The notes below the pieces were generated by a model. That model ran no database searches, had not been told where the DNA came from, and saw only the letters and a list, made by a program, of their open reading frames with translations. The position numbers and the translations under genes are program-made. A stretch of 64,000 bases of DNA from Psammoneis japonica. Lineage: Eukaryota. The stretch covers positions 124,001 to 188,000 of the forward strand of contig QPGO01000059.1 of NCBI GenBank assembly GCA_008632985.1, read 5' to 3'. Shown here piece after piece: positions 1 to 11,571 of this stretch. How positions within the stretch are numbered: the stretch's first letter is position 1; the number at the start of each line of letters is the position of its first letter.

Positions 1-997
1 CATCACACACTTCCTTGCAGGAATTGTGTGATGACTTTGATGTCTCTGCAAACAGCAGGGGTTCTTTTGACATGTTGGGGCAATGAAAGCAGTTTTTCTT
101 TCCTTTCTTTGCAATGCCGAACCATGTCAAAGGTGTCAGCAAGTGTCTTCATTTCTGTTGCAGGGAGAGGGGCATGAATGTTTTCTTGCCCTTGTCAAAA
201 AACTCTCCAACTGTCCAGCCATCCAATGGCATCTCATGACTGGCACCGATTCAATGCTGGCAACCAAATCTCCAGATGTGCCAAGGTTCAACAGTGCAGC
301 ACCTCTCCATTTTGACTGCTTCGCTGAGTCACCTGAAAGCTGTTGTCACTTGCACCTGCCAGCATGAGTTTGCACTGTCAGGCAATGGCACCAAGAGCAC
401 AAAGGTGTTTCTGAACCTCACGGCATGCATCACCCCAGCTGCAAATGCTGGTGTCATTTTCACCCCACCTCCTTGGATCATCTTTCAATGAAGACAGTGG
501 CACCAGCTCCATGCTGTGAGAGGCACAATCAGGTTGACACGTGTTTTGCATGTGGTGTTGTGTTTCATCATGACTGTGAGTTGATTGTTGTGCAAAGTGA
601 AAGCAAAAATCAGTGTCTCTTCCAAGCTCCACCATCAAATTTTTTGGAGTGTGATGCATGTCTGGTGCACCATGAGGCTGCTCCTTGTGGGAAGACCTCT
701 TGTGCATCAAAGCAAGAACCAACCATCTTTTGTGCTGAGAAATGTGCAGTGGATGACGCGCGGCACACATGTGGCTGCTCCACTGTTTGAAACTGTTGAA
801 GTGGTTCTTGTTTTGCCAGCCACATTTGCTCCCTTTGTCCATCAGAGCCAATGCCAAGACACCCTCCAACCATGTGTGAGAAGTGGAGCATGTGCACAAA
901 AATGATGCTGGCACAATTTTTTGCACACCCCGCCAGCAAAACATGGCATTGTTTTCACCCCATCATCTCAAAAACGCATGTTGAAAGTTCAACTTCA

Positions 998-1863
998 ACA
1001 AGCAGTGATCTCACCTCCATCATTTTGTGAAAAAAACGTCAAACAATTTGATGGATGGACATGTTTCAATGACCACATCTCCATCACAAACCCCATCATT
1101 CAAACAAACCCTCAGTGCCTTGCCCCCTTTTCATTTGCACTTTCTGTTTTGCAGCAGCTTCCAACTCTTTTTGCTGTTCATGAAAAAAGTTCTCACAAGA
1201 TTGTTCCCAGGAAAAAAAATTGCTGAGTCGAACGGGCCAACTCTCACCTTCTGAGAATTGAGTCTTGAGTCTCTTTTGAGCAGATTAATTTTTGGTGGGT
1301 GCCCCAAGCAACATTTTTCCCACCAAGGTTGCTCAGAGAATTGTTTGATGATCATGGTTAAAATGATGGTCTTCACAAAATTTCAGTTGGAGATTTTCCC
1401 ATCTGATGATGACAATGGATGGTGACACCATCTCCTCATGAAAGCTGTTGGCCATTGAGTCTTGTGACTTTGTCAGTCCATGATGCAGGACACTTGGATG
1501 TGTGGACCAACGAAGCTTCAATTTCCAACTGCAGACAGCCACAAAGCAGACAGCATTGCCATTTTTAGCTTGGAAGCTGTCACAAAATGGGCAGCAAGAT
1601 GAATTTGTTTTGCTCATTGTCCTTGTGGGAAAATGCAATCTGAGCAGAATGACCAACTCTGCGCTGAAGGACTGAGCACAAATTTCTGGAGAAAACAAAA
1701 AGGCAGAGCCAAATTCCTTGCACATGAAAAGGGGGTGAGGTGCTGAGAGGGTTTGTTCAGATGATGACAGGTTTTGCAGTGGAGACACAATCATTGAAAC
1801 ATGTCCATCTGCCAAATCATTGGACAGTTTTTTCCCACAAAATGGAGGTGATCACTGCTTGTG
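998..1863. repeat. Degenerate fold-back element with ~140-bp inverted arms (~998-1140 / ~1720-1863)
   Basis: aagcagtgatc…ggacatgtttcaatga…aacaaaccctc…ccccttttcat is matched in reverse complement at 1720-1863; many mismatches are CA/TG swaps. Confidence 0.75.
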
Positions 1864-2500
1864 TCAAATGGCCTTCATGTTGACAAAAGATGACATCTCA
1901 CAATGTCATGAGACAACATTTTGGGGGGCACCCCCACCACTTTTTTGTTTGCAGCTCCTGCAAAGGTGCAGGAATGGCCCCACAATGTCCCAGCCTTTTC
2001 CCACCTGCAAAAAAGGTTCCTTGAAACCAGCCAATCCACCATGAACGACACTTCAAAGTCCAGTTTTCAGAAATTCGATGAACACTTCATCACAGACACG
2101 CTGCAGCGAACATTTTCCGACAATGGAATTTTGCTGAGTGGTGGACATTGTCATGTTTGTCGTCAAAAAGTGAGCACACAAAGCGCCAATCATCATGACT
2201 GAAATCAATTCCTTGAGGTCGTGGCCTGTTTTTTTGCAAAGCACGATGGGAAAAGCACGAGGACAAAACATTCTACGTGAATTTTACACGTGATTTTTGC
2301 ACCAGAAATTGGCACCCACACCCTGATTTTCAGACTCATGACCCCTGCACATGGCATCGGCAGTTCTTCCGATGAAAGCCCCCTGCTGATGGAAGATTGG
2401 ACCAATCAGAATGCTTCATTTCAAGAGTGCACGTTGCAATGCTCAAGGCTTTCTGAAAGAATGCACATCATCATTGTTTGACGATTTCAGTGACACAGAC

Positions 2501-5500
2501 ATGGCCACCTCAATTGACCCATCTCAGATGGACGTGCCGCAATCTGAGCGGCAGTGCTCGGACAATGACACCTCACAAAAATTTCAAACTCCTCTGGTCT
2601 TTTTTCATCTCACTCATCATCAGTGCTGACGTGCACAAGAGAGTTCTGAGAGAAGGAATTGCAGCAGAATGGAGAAGCACTTTGCCCCCAAGCTTCCTGG
2701 CACCATGGGTGTTCAGTCTCAGGCTCGAAAGCCAGCCACAAAAAAAGCAAAGGAGCAAGCTTTTTCTGGAGTCACCAAGTTGATGAGCAAAAACATGCCT
2801 CGGTTTACAACGTCGCCAGCGGCGATGGCAGAATCGCAAATTCTGACTCTGCCAAACAGAAGCACCACTCAAGAAAAGGTTGTTGAGTGCAAAAGGTGCA
2901 AACAAGGACCCTCCTGCAAAAAGGGTCATGATGCGAGTTGCCCAAAACCCACCCACTGTGGAAAAAACATGAGCACCAAGCAAAGTGCAGCTGTCCACCG
3001 CTTCATCACTGGTGACACAAGAAAGAATGCCAAAAAAATGCAGGGTCATCAGCGTCCAACTGAGGAAGGCATGGAGGATCTTTTTCACTCTCACACCAGG
3101 GCTTCAAAAAACAACAAACCATTGGCAACAGCCGTCTTGTCAAATGCCACCACTGCCAGCACCGTCATGTTGAATGCGAGTGCTGTGGCTGCCACTGCCA
3201 TCAGCACTGTCACGTTGAACAGCACAGAGCGTTCTGCTGATGCATTGAAGAAGATCTTCTTTGTCCATCGGTGCCAAAGAGAGAGATTCGGAAACGAATT
3301 GAGACGTGTGAAAAAAAGAAGATTCCTTGTCCCGCGCCCATTCAGGCTTTGATTTTGCATCTTCTGAACTTGTGTCCATCTCAGTTTCATGCCAACTCAA
3401 ATGAGATCATGGGCGGAGAGGTGAATGCAAAGAAACTCAAGTGGTTTCAGAAGAACTTTCCTTCAAGCACCATGTCATTCACCATGCCTCGGGATGATGT
3501 GTCCATGGCTCCTGATGACCTGTGCGCCGAGATTGAGGGAGTGACCATTCACATCCTCCAACGGGAATTGATTGGCCTTGGCATCTGCTTGCTGTGCATT
3601 GAGGGGTGTGCAGATGGTGAGATGATTCATCAGCAGTTCGACATCAAGAGGGAGCACTCGCCAACTGCAATCTTTGATGCAAGTGGCGCCACTGATTGGG
3701 GAACATCTGTGTGCTGCAGGTGCAACAAATGTGGTTGTAAATGCAGAGGCAACAATGCCAAGCTGCTCAAAAAGCTCCCAAGGCATCCACAACTTTGCCA
3801 TCCTGTGGATCTACGCTGTGCCGATGTCAATCCATCTTTTTGTTTGACGTCACCAATGACCCGATGCATCGACCACTCCACGCAGAAGTGCAGCAACGGT
3901 GATGACATGGCCGCCTTCTTGCATCAACAACGAGGTTGCAAGTTTCTTGATGGAGAAGAGTGGCATTTTTTGCAGTCAATCAACGCTGCTGGTGGGAACT
4001 CAACAACTCCATTGTCAGCACATGAGGACTGGATGGGTCGACATGGACCAACAGGACAAAACATGCGAGACATGTGTGATGCTGCACAAGAGTCAGATCT
4101 CACTGAGACTGGCATCAGCAACAACATTTGGCACACGAGGGAAATTCAATCAGGCGGTTGTCACATCAGTGTTGCGTCTGACCACACTTTTGACCAATTG
4201 AAGAATTGCAAAGACGACAACGGCAAGGGACTCTTCACCATGGCCACAGAGACTGGAGAGATTGGCACAGCTGTAGCAGTGCCGACGTTGGAAACCAAAG
4301 ACTGTGCGCATGCAGCCGAACAGTTTGCGAGGCATCCAAACGCAAAACCTCAAGCCCATTGCTCTGACACTTGGCCAAACAAAGAAGAGTTTTGGAAGCA
4401 AATTTTTGGTCAGGATGTTGTGTGCAGGCTTGGTCTTTGGCACTGGACAAACCGCATCATTCGGACTTTACGAGGTGCTCACATTGATTGTTGTCATGCG
4501 GTTTGTGAATTAAGGATGGATCTACGTGCTGCGGTCTAATTTAAAACAGCTCGCATTTCCCGCACTTCACCGTGTTATTTTGACCTGCCTCGGTACACCC
4601 CCGAACACTTATGCGTTCGTCAAACCCTCATAGGGGCTGTTAGACGGCTATAAGAGCTGCACATTTAGCGCTTCAAATGCCACTTATCGACCTATGCCCT
4701 GTTGTCAGGTCGAAAAAACCGCTAATTTTCGCTAAAATCGGGCTTCTTATGGGAGATTAGCGGTAACTTTCTGGGAAATGGCGATAAGTGACATTTGACT
4801 GGCTATAGACATATCTGCAGTCGTTAAGGTAAAAGTCGCGCATGGTCATACCACCTGTCGTTTAGGCATTCTAGGGTGTCTGGCGAACGGACAAAGTTCG
4901 ACCGATCGCTGAAATTTTTTTTTGCGAACGCGCGCGCATTTACTACGATGCATCCGGGTTATTTTATAAAAATTACGAGCTCCCAAAAAACAGACCGCAG
5001 CACGTAGATCCATCCTTAAAGGATTGCGTGCGGTACAACGATGAATCCGACGAGGCGAAGGTAGTTGATGCTCTTGTCTTTGGGAAGCTTGGTGGGAAGA
5101 AGAACACGAGGGAAGAAATTGAGGATGTCAAGAACAGCAAGAAGTGGAACAACTGCAAGAAGTGCATTCAAAGGTGGGCTTGCCCACTTGAAACAAGGAA
5201 CAAGCATCTGGAATCCTGGTTCGATTGACACAAGTGCTCTGCGTCTCCCGGCGTGGCAGAGGCTGGTGGACAGCATGACCCAGACTCTGGGAAACCGCTT
5301 TTTACGGAAGACACAAAGAAGCCAGTGGCTGAAAACACGCAAAATTGTCGGCTCGTGGACTTGATGAGCCGCTGCCACGTGAAGACTCACACAGAGTTGT
5401 CAAGCCTTCAAAATGGTCCAAGTGCAAGCTCGACATGTTTGTGACAACTGCTGGCATGGAATCAAAGCTTGAAAAGCATCACCATGTCGTCAAGCATTTT

Positions 5501-6339
5501 GGAAACACTGGTTCAAGATCCTCTCTGATGGATGCATTGTGCCTTGCAGGAACGTGTGAGTGCAACTTGTCAATGCGAGAGCATGTCAGAATGGACGAAC
5601 TGATGGCTGACGAGCGCGCCATGATTCCGCATGCCTTTTGAGGCGCACCCACTTTTCTCAACCACAGCAGGCTTGACGTGTCAACAAGCTGGCAGAGAAA
5701 GCAGGAGCCCCCCATCCTGTGCATGGGAACGTCAAAGAACTAAAAGAAGATGATGGTGAGAGGCATTTTTCAGCACACCTGGAGCAATTGGAGCATGTGA
5801 GAGAGCAGCTCAAAATGAGAAGAGCTGCAACCGGCACAGCAGCAGCATCCAAAAAAGATTCTGACAGATGCATGTGCAGCAAGTGTGGCACAAGAAACCT
5901 GCATTCAACCCGTTCTAACCCAACACCAAGTGTGGAGAATCCGTGCAAAAGAAAATCCAAGTCACAGCAACCACCGCCGTCTGAGGAGCCGCATGTGAAA
6001 AAAGTCAAACCTTCCAATTTGCAAGAGCAGGAGGTCGTTCCGACAAGACAGCTGCCGCCAGCGCCAATTGCACCACACCCCGCTCCACACTCCATTCCAT
6101 GTTGCACTCTGATTCAAGTTAATCCCTTTTGGAACAGTGCACCAACAGTTTTGCCGCTGCTGCAGATGCCGCCAAATCTGCAGTCAGATCTGAACCAAAA
6201 ACACTGCTGTTTCCGAGTGAGGGAATTTCATCTTTCAAAAACAAACTTGTTGGGGGCGGCTGCTCAAGGAAGAGTGCCACATGATGAACAGTGTTCATCA
6301 AAGCAGTCTCTGAATGTAGATTTGTCACTTGCCTTGTGA
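2501..6339 (+). pseudogene. Decayed DDE transposase of the CxxH-type group (Mutator/hAT/P/Kolobok-like; superfamily unresolved), interrupted by a MITE
   Basis: ORFs 2669-3352, 3271-4539, 5028-5228, 5345-5641 and 5719-6339 carry motifs SDHTF, ETGEI, SDTWP, RLGLWH…RI and ESKLEKHH…HFGNTG plus Cys/His fingers; almost no Tyr; frameshifts and TGA stops. Confidence 0.7.
4514..5015. mobile_element. 502-bp MITE with perfect 24-bp TIRs and TTAA target-site duplication (Kolobok-like GG…CC termini)
   Basis: TTAA(4510-13)|ggatggatctacgtgctgcggtct … agaccgcagcacgtagatccatcc|TTAA(5016-19); removing it rejoins the transposase in frame (VCEL-KDCVRYND). Confidence 0.93.
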
Positions 6340-6842
6340 TTCTGGCCCACGGCGCACCTCGATTGTGGCGCCAAGATGGAACATGGGAAAAGGGGGGCGA
6401 TGCCGCCTAAATGAAATCAACCTTTTGGCTGATGTCCTCTGTCTTCAATGCCGCGAAGCAAGACGCTGCAACGCATCGCATCTGTCTTGCCCTCACTGAT
6501 GCCATTGCTGCGTTCTTCTCCTCGCTTCCTTCCTTCTCTCTTGTCACAGCAGCAACGGGGTTGCTTCGCTCCCCCTCTCCCCCCCTTTTCTTCTGTCGGC
6601 ACCCCCCCATTTTTGCAGTCAGTCGGCGGCAGGCAGGCAACGCAACGCGGAGTCTTCTGAGCACTGTGCCGTTTCTCACACAGGCACATCGACTGCTGCA
6701 AGCATCTGCAAAGCATGGTGGAACAAACATCTTACAGAGGGACTGGAGATTTTAGGAAGAGAGGGTAAAAAAATCAAGACAGAGTGACAAAAATGTGGAG
6801 GCCAGAGAAGCTAGAAAACAAAGTGCCGCTCGCGAGTGCGTC

Positions 6843-8370
6843 ATGCCTTCCGAGAGCAACAACGAAGAAGGGCAGAGTCTGGCAGCTGTGACGATCCCTC
6901 AGCAGTTTGCATGGACTGGTCTAGCTTGTGATGCAGATGAAGAGAAAATGTCACTTGCTGATGCAGGGTTGAAAACAAGTGATGAGAGCGACATTGTTTG
7001 GTTTGATGACCTCACGCTGTGGAACATTCTCGGCTGTGCTGTTGACGTTGGCCCTGACCATCTCAAGTTACAGTGTGTCTGCAAGCCATGGAAGAGTGTC
7101 GCAGACATTCTCGTTCCCTCTGTCATTCTCAAAATGGCACACCGACTTGAAGACCTGTCTGCCCGTGTTGTTGTTCCTCTGGATCAGAGAGCGTTGCCAT
7201 GGGACGAAGCACTCGCGCTTTGCAAGACTCGCGACAGTGCTCTCTACCGCAGAGTTGGAGAACAAACGAATGCGAAACTTTCACACTGGCCAAAGCTTCA
7301 ACCCCAGTTCAGTGTTGCAATTGTTCGATTCGCGTGCGACACTGCAACTCAGCATCATGGATCTCGAACTCTGCATGCATCGATCCAATCCTTCTTTGCT
7401 GCCCTTGCCGATGAATCGGTGGACAAATTTTGGAAGACAATGGAGAAAACAAAATCAGCAAGAGCTGGGTCCTTTGCAGTGCATTGAGGAGCTCGTCACT
7501 CTTTGGCGAGAATGGACTGGCTTGGCAGAAACCGTAGATGGCTTGGCCGACTGCATCAACTGCTGTTTCTTGAAACAGCAAAGTCTTCCTTCGATCTCTC
7601 AGACAGCTGAACGCGCCCTGGTGCGGTCTTGGCGAGCGTCGCTTAGCAGAATTGGCAGCAAGGACTGCGTTGTTGTGCAAGCTTTCATTACGAGTTGCGG
7701 TAGCAAAAATGTCACTAAAGGATTGGAGGCATTCGAACGTGACATTTTTTTGGAAGCATTGAGTGCTTGTGACAGTCTGCAGAGTTTTGCGCAATCCAGA
7801 GAACTGGACGCTCAGCAGATCCCGGGGGAGTGGTGGGCGTCGGCAGACGAGACTTACTCTTCGATTCAGTCTACATTGTCCCCTCTGTTGAAGGCTTCTC
7901 CTGGAGAGGAGCATTTTAAGGCTGATGACGATGCAAAAGCAGTTCCTGCAAAGCCCATCACCACCCAGTGCCCTGGAGGCCACGGGTATACCATGAATAT
8001 GGACAGCCACTTTTTCAAATCCAGCGGATTTTTGAAACGTCTCAAGCTGCAACCTGGTTATGTGATGAGCCTCCCGATTCAACCTGAAAGGATGGAAATG
8101 GTGCTTCAATTTCACACAATCGATGACATAAGCCCCTTACCGAATATTGAGCCACCATTGGTTGACGAATTAGAAGACACTGTTGGCGAGAGCTACTCGA
8201 GGTTCACATTGGACCTGTCAGAATCTACGATTATGGACCTCATAACAGTTGCAAACTTTTTGGATTGCACGAAGCTTTTTAATCTTTCCTGTGCCGCACT
8301 TGCCCAGGTGGTGTGCAGGAAAACGCCTGAAGAAGTTTACCAAATGTTTTCTCAAGAAGAAGAGGCTTAG
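6843..8370 (+). CDS. F-box-like + cullin N-terminal-repeat-like + Skp1 domain fusion protein (one frameshift near 7435-7450; may be a pseudogene)
   Basis: C-term IMDLITVANFLDCTKLFNLSCAALAQVVCRKTPEEV is Skp1-like; N-term FDDLTLWNILG…LQCVCKPW is F-box-like; middle ELVTLWREW…DCINCCFLKQQSLPSI resembles cullin ELVKRW…YLDRYFI…SLP. Confidence 0.7.
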
Positions 8371-8701
8371 TGGACAAGGATACGCCGGAATTAAAAAAGC
8401 AGGAGTAGGCCGAACTGTTATTTGCAGATCGCTCGTGCACGCTTTGTGTGCACCTGTAATGAATTCAAATCAAGAGGCACAGTTTGAACAGAGGGATGTT
8501 ATTTCTTCTTAGGCAATGATTTTTCTATGAGGCTTTGTCGTCGCATCTACTTCCAAAGTTGAGGACATATCAAACGAAATTTGAAGTTCCTTGTCGCCGG
8601 ATATCGAATCACCCCCATGATCGTTTCGTTTTTAGAGGTCTGCGCCAAAATCTTGAATTGTAGGAGTCACATCCCTCCCCACAGCCAGCCTCATTTCCCA
8701 C

Positions 8702-10018
8702 CTACTCGTTCGATCTTTCCTCGTCGTCTTGGTCTTCCTCTTCCATATCATCCTCATCGATATCTTCATCACTAAAATCGATATCTTCATCACTAAAATC
8801 GATATCTTCATCAACAAAATCGATCCAGTCGCTGATCGATAGTGGCACTCGGGGTATCCGCGAAACGTGGACGTCTCAGTTACCTCCACGTATTGACGGA
8901 GTTTCTTGACAATCTTGGTCCCAAAGGTTGTGGGGCAGGGGCGTAGCTTTTGAGCTTGGAAGCAGTGTTATGCTGGAGGGCCTTGAGGAACAAACCACCC
9001 GATAGGTCTGCGTTCTTGGAGTACGTTTCGCAACACGCCTCCCCTTCACCCCAGTCCTCATACATGAAGAACTTTTCCACGGACGTATTCATGGAAAATG
9101 CCAAAGCCAGTGCCTTGATGCCGAGTTCTTCATAGTGCTTACTGCCAGCACCAGCGCAGTTGGAAAGATCCAACGTCTTGTACTTGGTGCACTTTTCGTG
9201 TGCAAGGCCGTACGCAAGGACGACGAGAAAGTCATCCAAGGCGATTTCTTGACCCGGATAGTCATCGAACTTGGCTTCTTGGCCGTTATCCTCAAGTTTC
9301 TTGCTCCAAAGGTAGCGGTCGTTGATGTAGAGAGATCTGAGAAAGGTCTCATCCGCGGCTCCACTCTGGAGTAAACGTCCTTCACCGGACCAAAGATGTT
9401 CCATGAGAAGATCCTTGAGCATACAAGGAGCTACCTGTTTGTACTCTTCTTGATTGACATATCCTTTTTGTAAGTATTGTTCAAAGCACGATTGGCAATA
9501 ATTATTTGCACGTCCTGCTTCAAACGCCTCGAACCATTCGAGCTTTTCGATACGTTCGTATCGGAATTCCGTGTGAATCGGGATTCCACCACAATCGCCG
9601 TCTTGACAATTACAGCCGCAACGACCACATTCCATAACGCCGCATTGATTCATATGGCGGAGCGTTTGCCATTCCTCCTTGGCAATCACACGCTGCACTT
9701 CGAGCGTTAACCAGTTTCGTGGAAAGTTGTTACCAAACAATCCACGAAAGTAGGCGAGAGGCACTTTTCGCCGTCACCGACAAAGTCGACAATGTTGGTT
9801 TCAGGCCACGTACGACGAGCCACCAACGCCCATGATTCTTCCATCACCCACTCACGGGATGACGAGAGCTGGTTCAGTATACCCAATTCTGAGACACCAA
9901 GCCACTCGTTTGCCACCAAAAGCGGGAGAATTTTGTTTGCCAACAGGTCTTGGTGCTCTTGAGCGTTCAGCGTGGTAGACATGCGGCGACGTTTGTTGGT
10001 GTGAACGGTGTAAGACAT
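8702..10018 (-). CDS. Hypothetical protein with F-box-like N-terminus, Cys cluster, LRR-like segment and acidic tail
   Basis: ORFs 9707-10384 (ATG 10018) and 8880-9764 joined by a frameshift; acidic DEDIDFS tail (21-bp tandem repeat ~8756-8813) is in frame after a possible 52-nt GT-AG intron; stop at 8702. Confidence 0.55.
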
Positions 10019-10411
10019 GATGACGAGATGGGAGGAGGGTCGTTCACGTAGCGGATTTGCTGTTGTCGCTGTTGTGATGGCTTTGCGCTGTCGACTGATG
10101 AAGATCTTGTCATTGCCGCTTTTTTGCTCGCGTGCAGTCATTCCGTGAGACGCGCGGTACATTCGCGCATGGAGTCCCGGATCCTCACACATTCGGGACT
10201 CATTGTTCTTTACATTTTGGGCGCTTGTACTACTAACCGTCTGATTTTCGAGTAAGTACTGCTTTCGCGTGGGATGTCCGTGGCCCACCGTTTTGGTCCA
10301 CGTCATTCTCAAAAGAAAAAAATGAGCAAGAACAATGGGCATGTTCACCGCTCCGTCCCCGCCCACTGTTGTAGCACAATTCAAGTCAACAGCCCTTAAA
10401 ACCGACTAAAC

Positions 10412-11518
10412 ATGAGCTCTTTGCCGACTGATGACGACGAGATCTCCGACAAGCATCCGCAATGGAATCGCAAAGAGAATACGGATGGTCCCATGCATGC
10501 GCATTGGGACTGCTTCTCTGGAGCCGCGGGCGACATGATGTTGGCGGCTTGTTTGGATTCGGTATCGTGTGCACAGACACGCCAAGAATTGTTGCAGCAT
10601 GTGCAATTCTGCATTGAAGAAGGTTTGCCAGAATTGAAGGGCGACTTTTCGATTGAAACGAAGCAAGTGTGGAGAGGAAGCGGGTTGATTGCGGCAACGC
10701 ACGTGGTGGTCCAAAGTCGATACAATCATGCGCCAGCTCCAGTACCAACAGCTGAAGACAAACTTGACAAGGAAGAGCCGGAATCGACAAATGATCATTC
10801 CCACTCTCATGACCACGGTCACTCCCACTCTCACGGGCATTCACATGGCCATTCACATGCGCATTCGCACAATTGTAGTTCAACTCGAGAAGAAGAAGGC
10901 GCTGATACCGGTCACGTGCATTCTCACGAACACTCCAGTAACACTAGTGGCCCACTCCGTAACTTACCACAAATCAAAGAAATGCTACTGAAGGCACCAC
11001 CTCGGCATATTTCAGCATGGGTTCGAGACCACGCCATTGCTGCCTTTTCCGCCTTGGCACAAGCGGAAGCAGAAACACACGGTTCGTCCATGGATCGGGT
11101 TCACTTTCATGAAGTCGGTGCGATTGATTCCATTGTTGATACAGTAGGAACTCTTGTCGCCTTGGATGCCTTGGGTATCGAAACGGTATCGTGCAGTCGA
11201 TTGCCTCTGGGCGAGGGAACCGTGTGGACCGATCATGGACTATTACCCGTACCTGCGCCAGCCACGTTGCGATTGATGAGAGGCATGCCGGTTTGTCCGG
11301 GTCCAAAGGGGGTCACTGGGGAACTAGTGACTCCGACAGCGGCAGCCTTGCTCAAGGTCTTGACGAGTTCTACTGCTACGAGCGACAGTACGCAAAGCCA
11401 TAGACCGCCGTGCTTTACGCTACGTCAAGTTGGAGTGGGCGCGGGAACCAAGGATTTCCACAACCATCCCAATATTATGCGATTACTGATTGGAGACAAC
11501 GTACAGTCATCTCCTTAG
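10412..11518 (+). CDS. larC: LarC-family nickel-insertion protein (DUF111), N-terminal domain with His-rich insert
   Basis: Motifs DCFSGAAGDMMLAA, VHFHEVGAIDSIVD, PVPAPAT, GELVTPTAAALL, GVGAGTKDF…PNIMRL; (HSHG)n tract. Confidence 0.92.
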   Translation: MSSLPTDDDEISDKHPQWNRKENTDGPMHAHWDCFSGAAGDMMLAACLDSVSCAQTRQELLQHVQFCIEEGLPELKGDFSIETKQVWRGSGLIAATHVVVQSRYNHAPAPVPTAEDKLDKEEPESTNDHSHSHDHGHSHSHGHSHGHSHAHSHNCSSTREEEGADTGHVHSHEHSSNTSGPLRNLPQIKEMLLKAPPRHISAWVRDHAIAAFSALAQAEAETHGSSMDRVHFHEVGAIDSIVDTVGTLVALDALGIETVSCSRLPLGEGTVWTDHGLLPVPAPATLRLMRGMPVCPGPKGVTGELVTPTAAALLKVLTSSTATSDSTQSHRPPCFTLRQVGVGAGTKDFHNHPNIMRLLIGDNVQSSP

Positions 11519-11571
11519 CAAGTGAAAGGATACATACCAGTAAGGAGCAAAGAATATAGAATCGTTTTAAA

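Noticed and set aside
1..2400. Dense overlapping Cys/His-rich ORFs in all six frames
   Set aside because: Artefact of TpA loss: TAA/TAG stops and Tyr codons are removed, so non-coding DNA reads open; no family motifs
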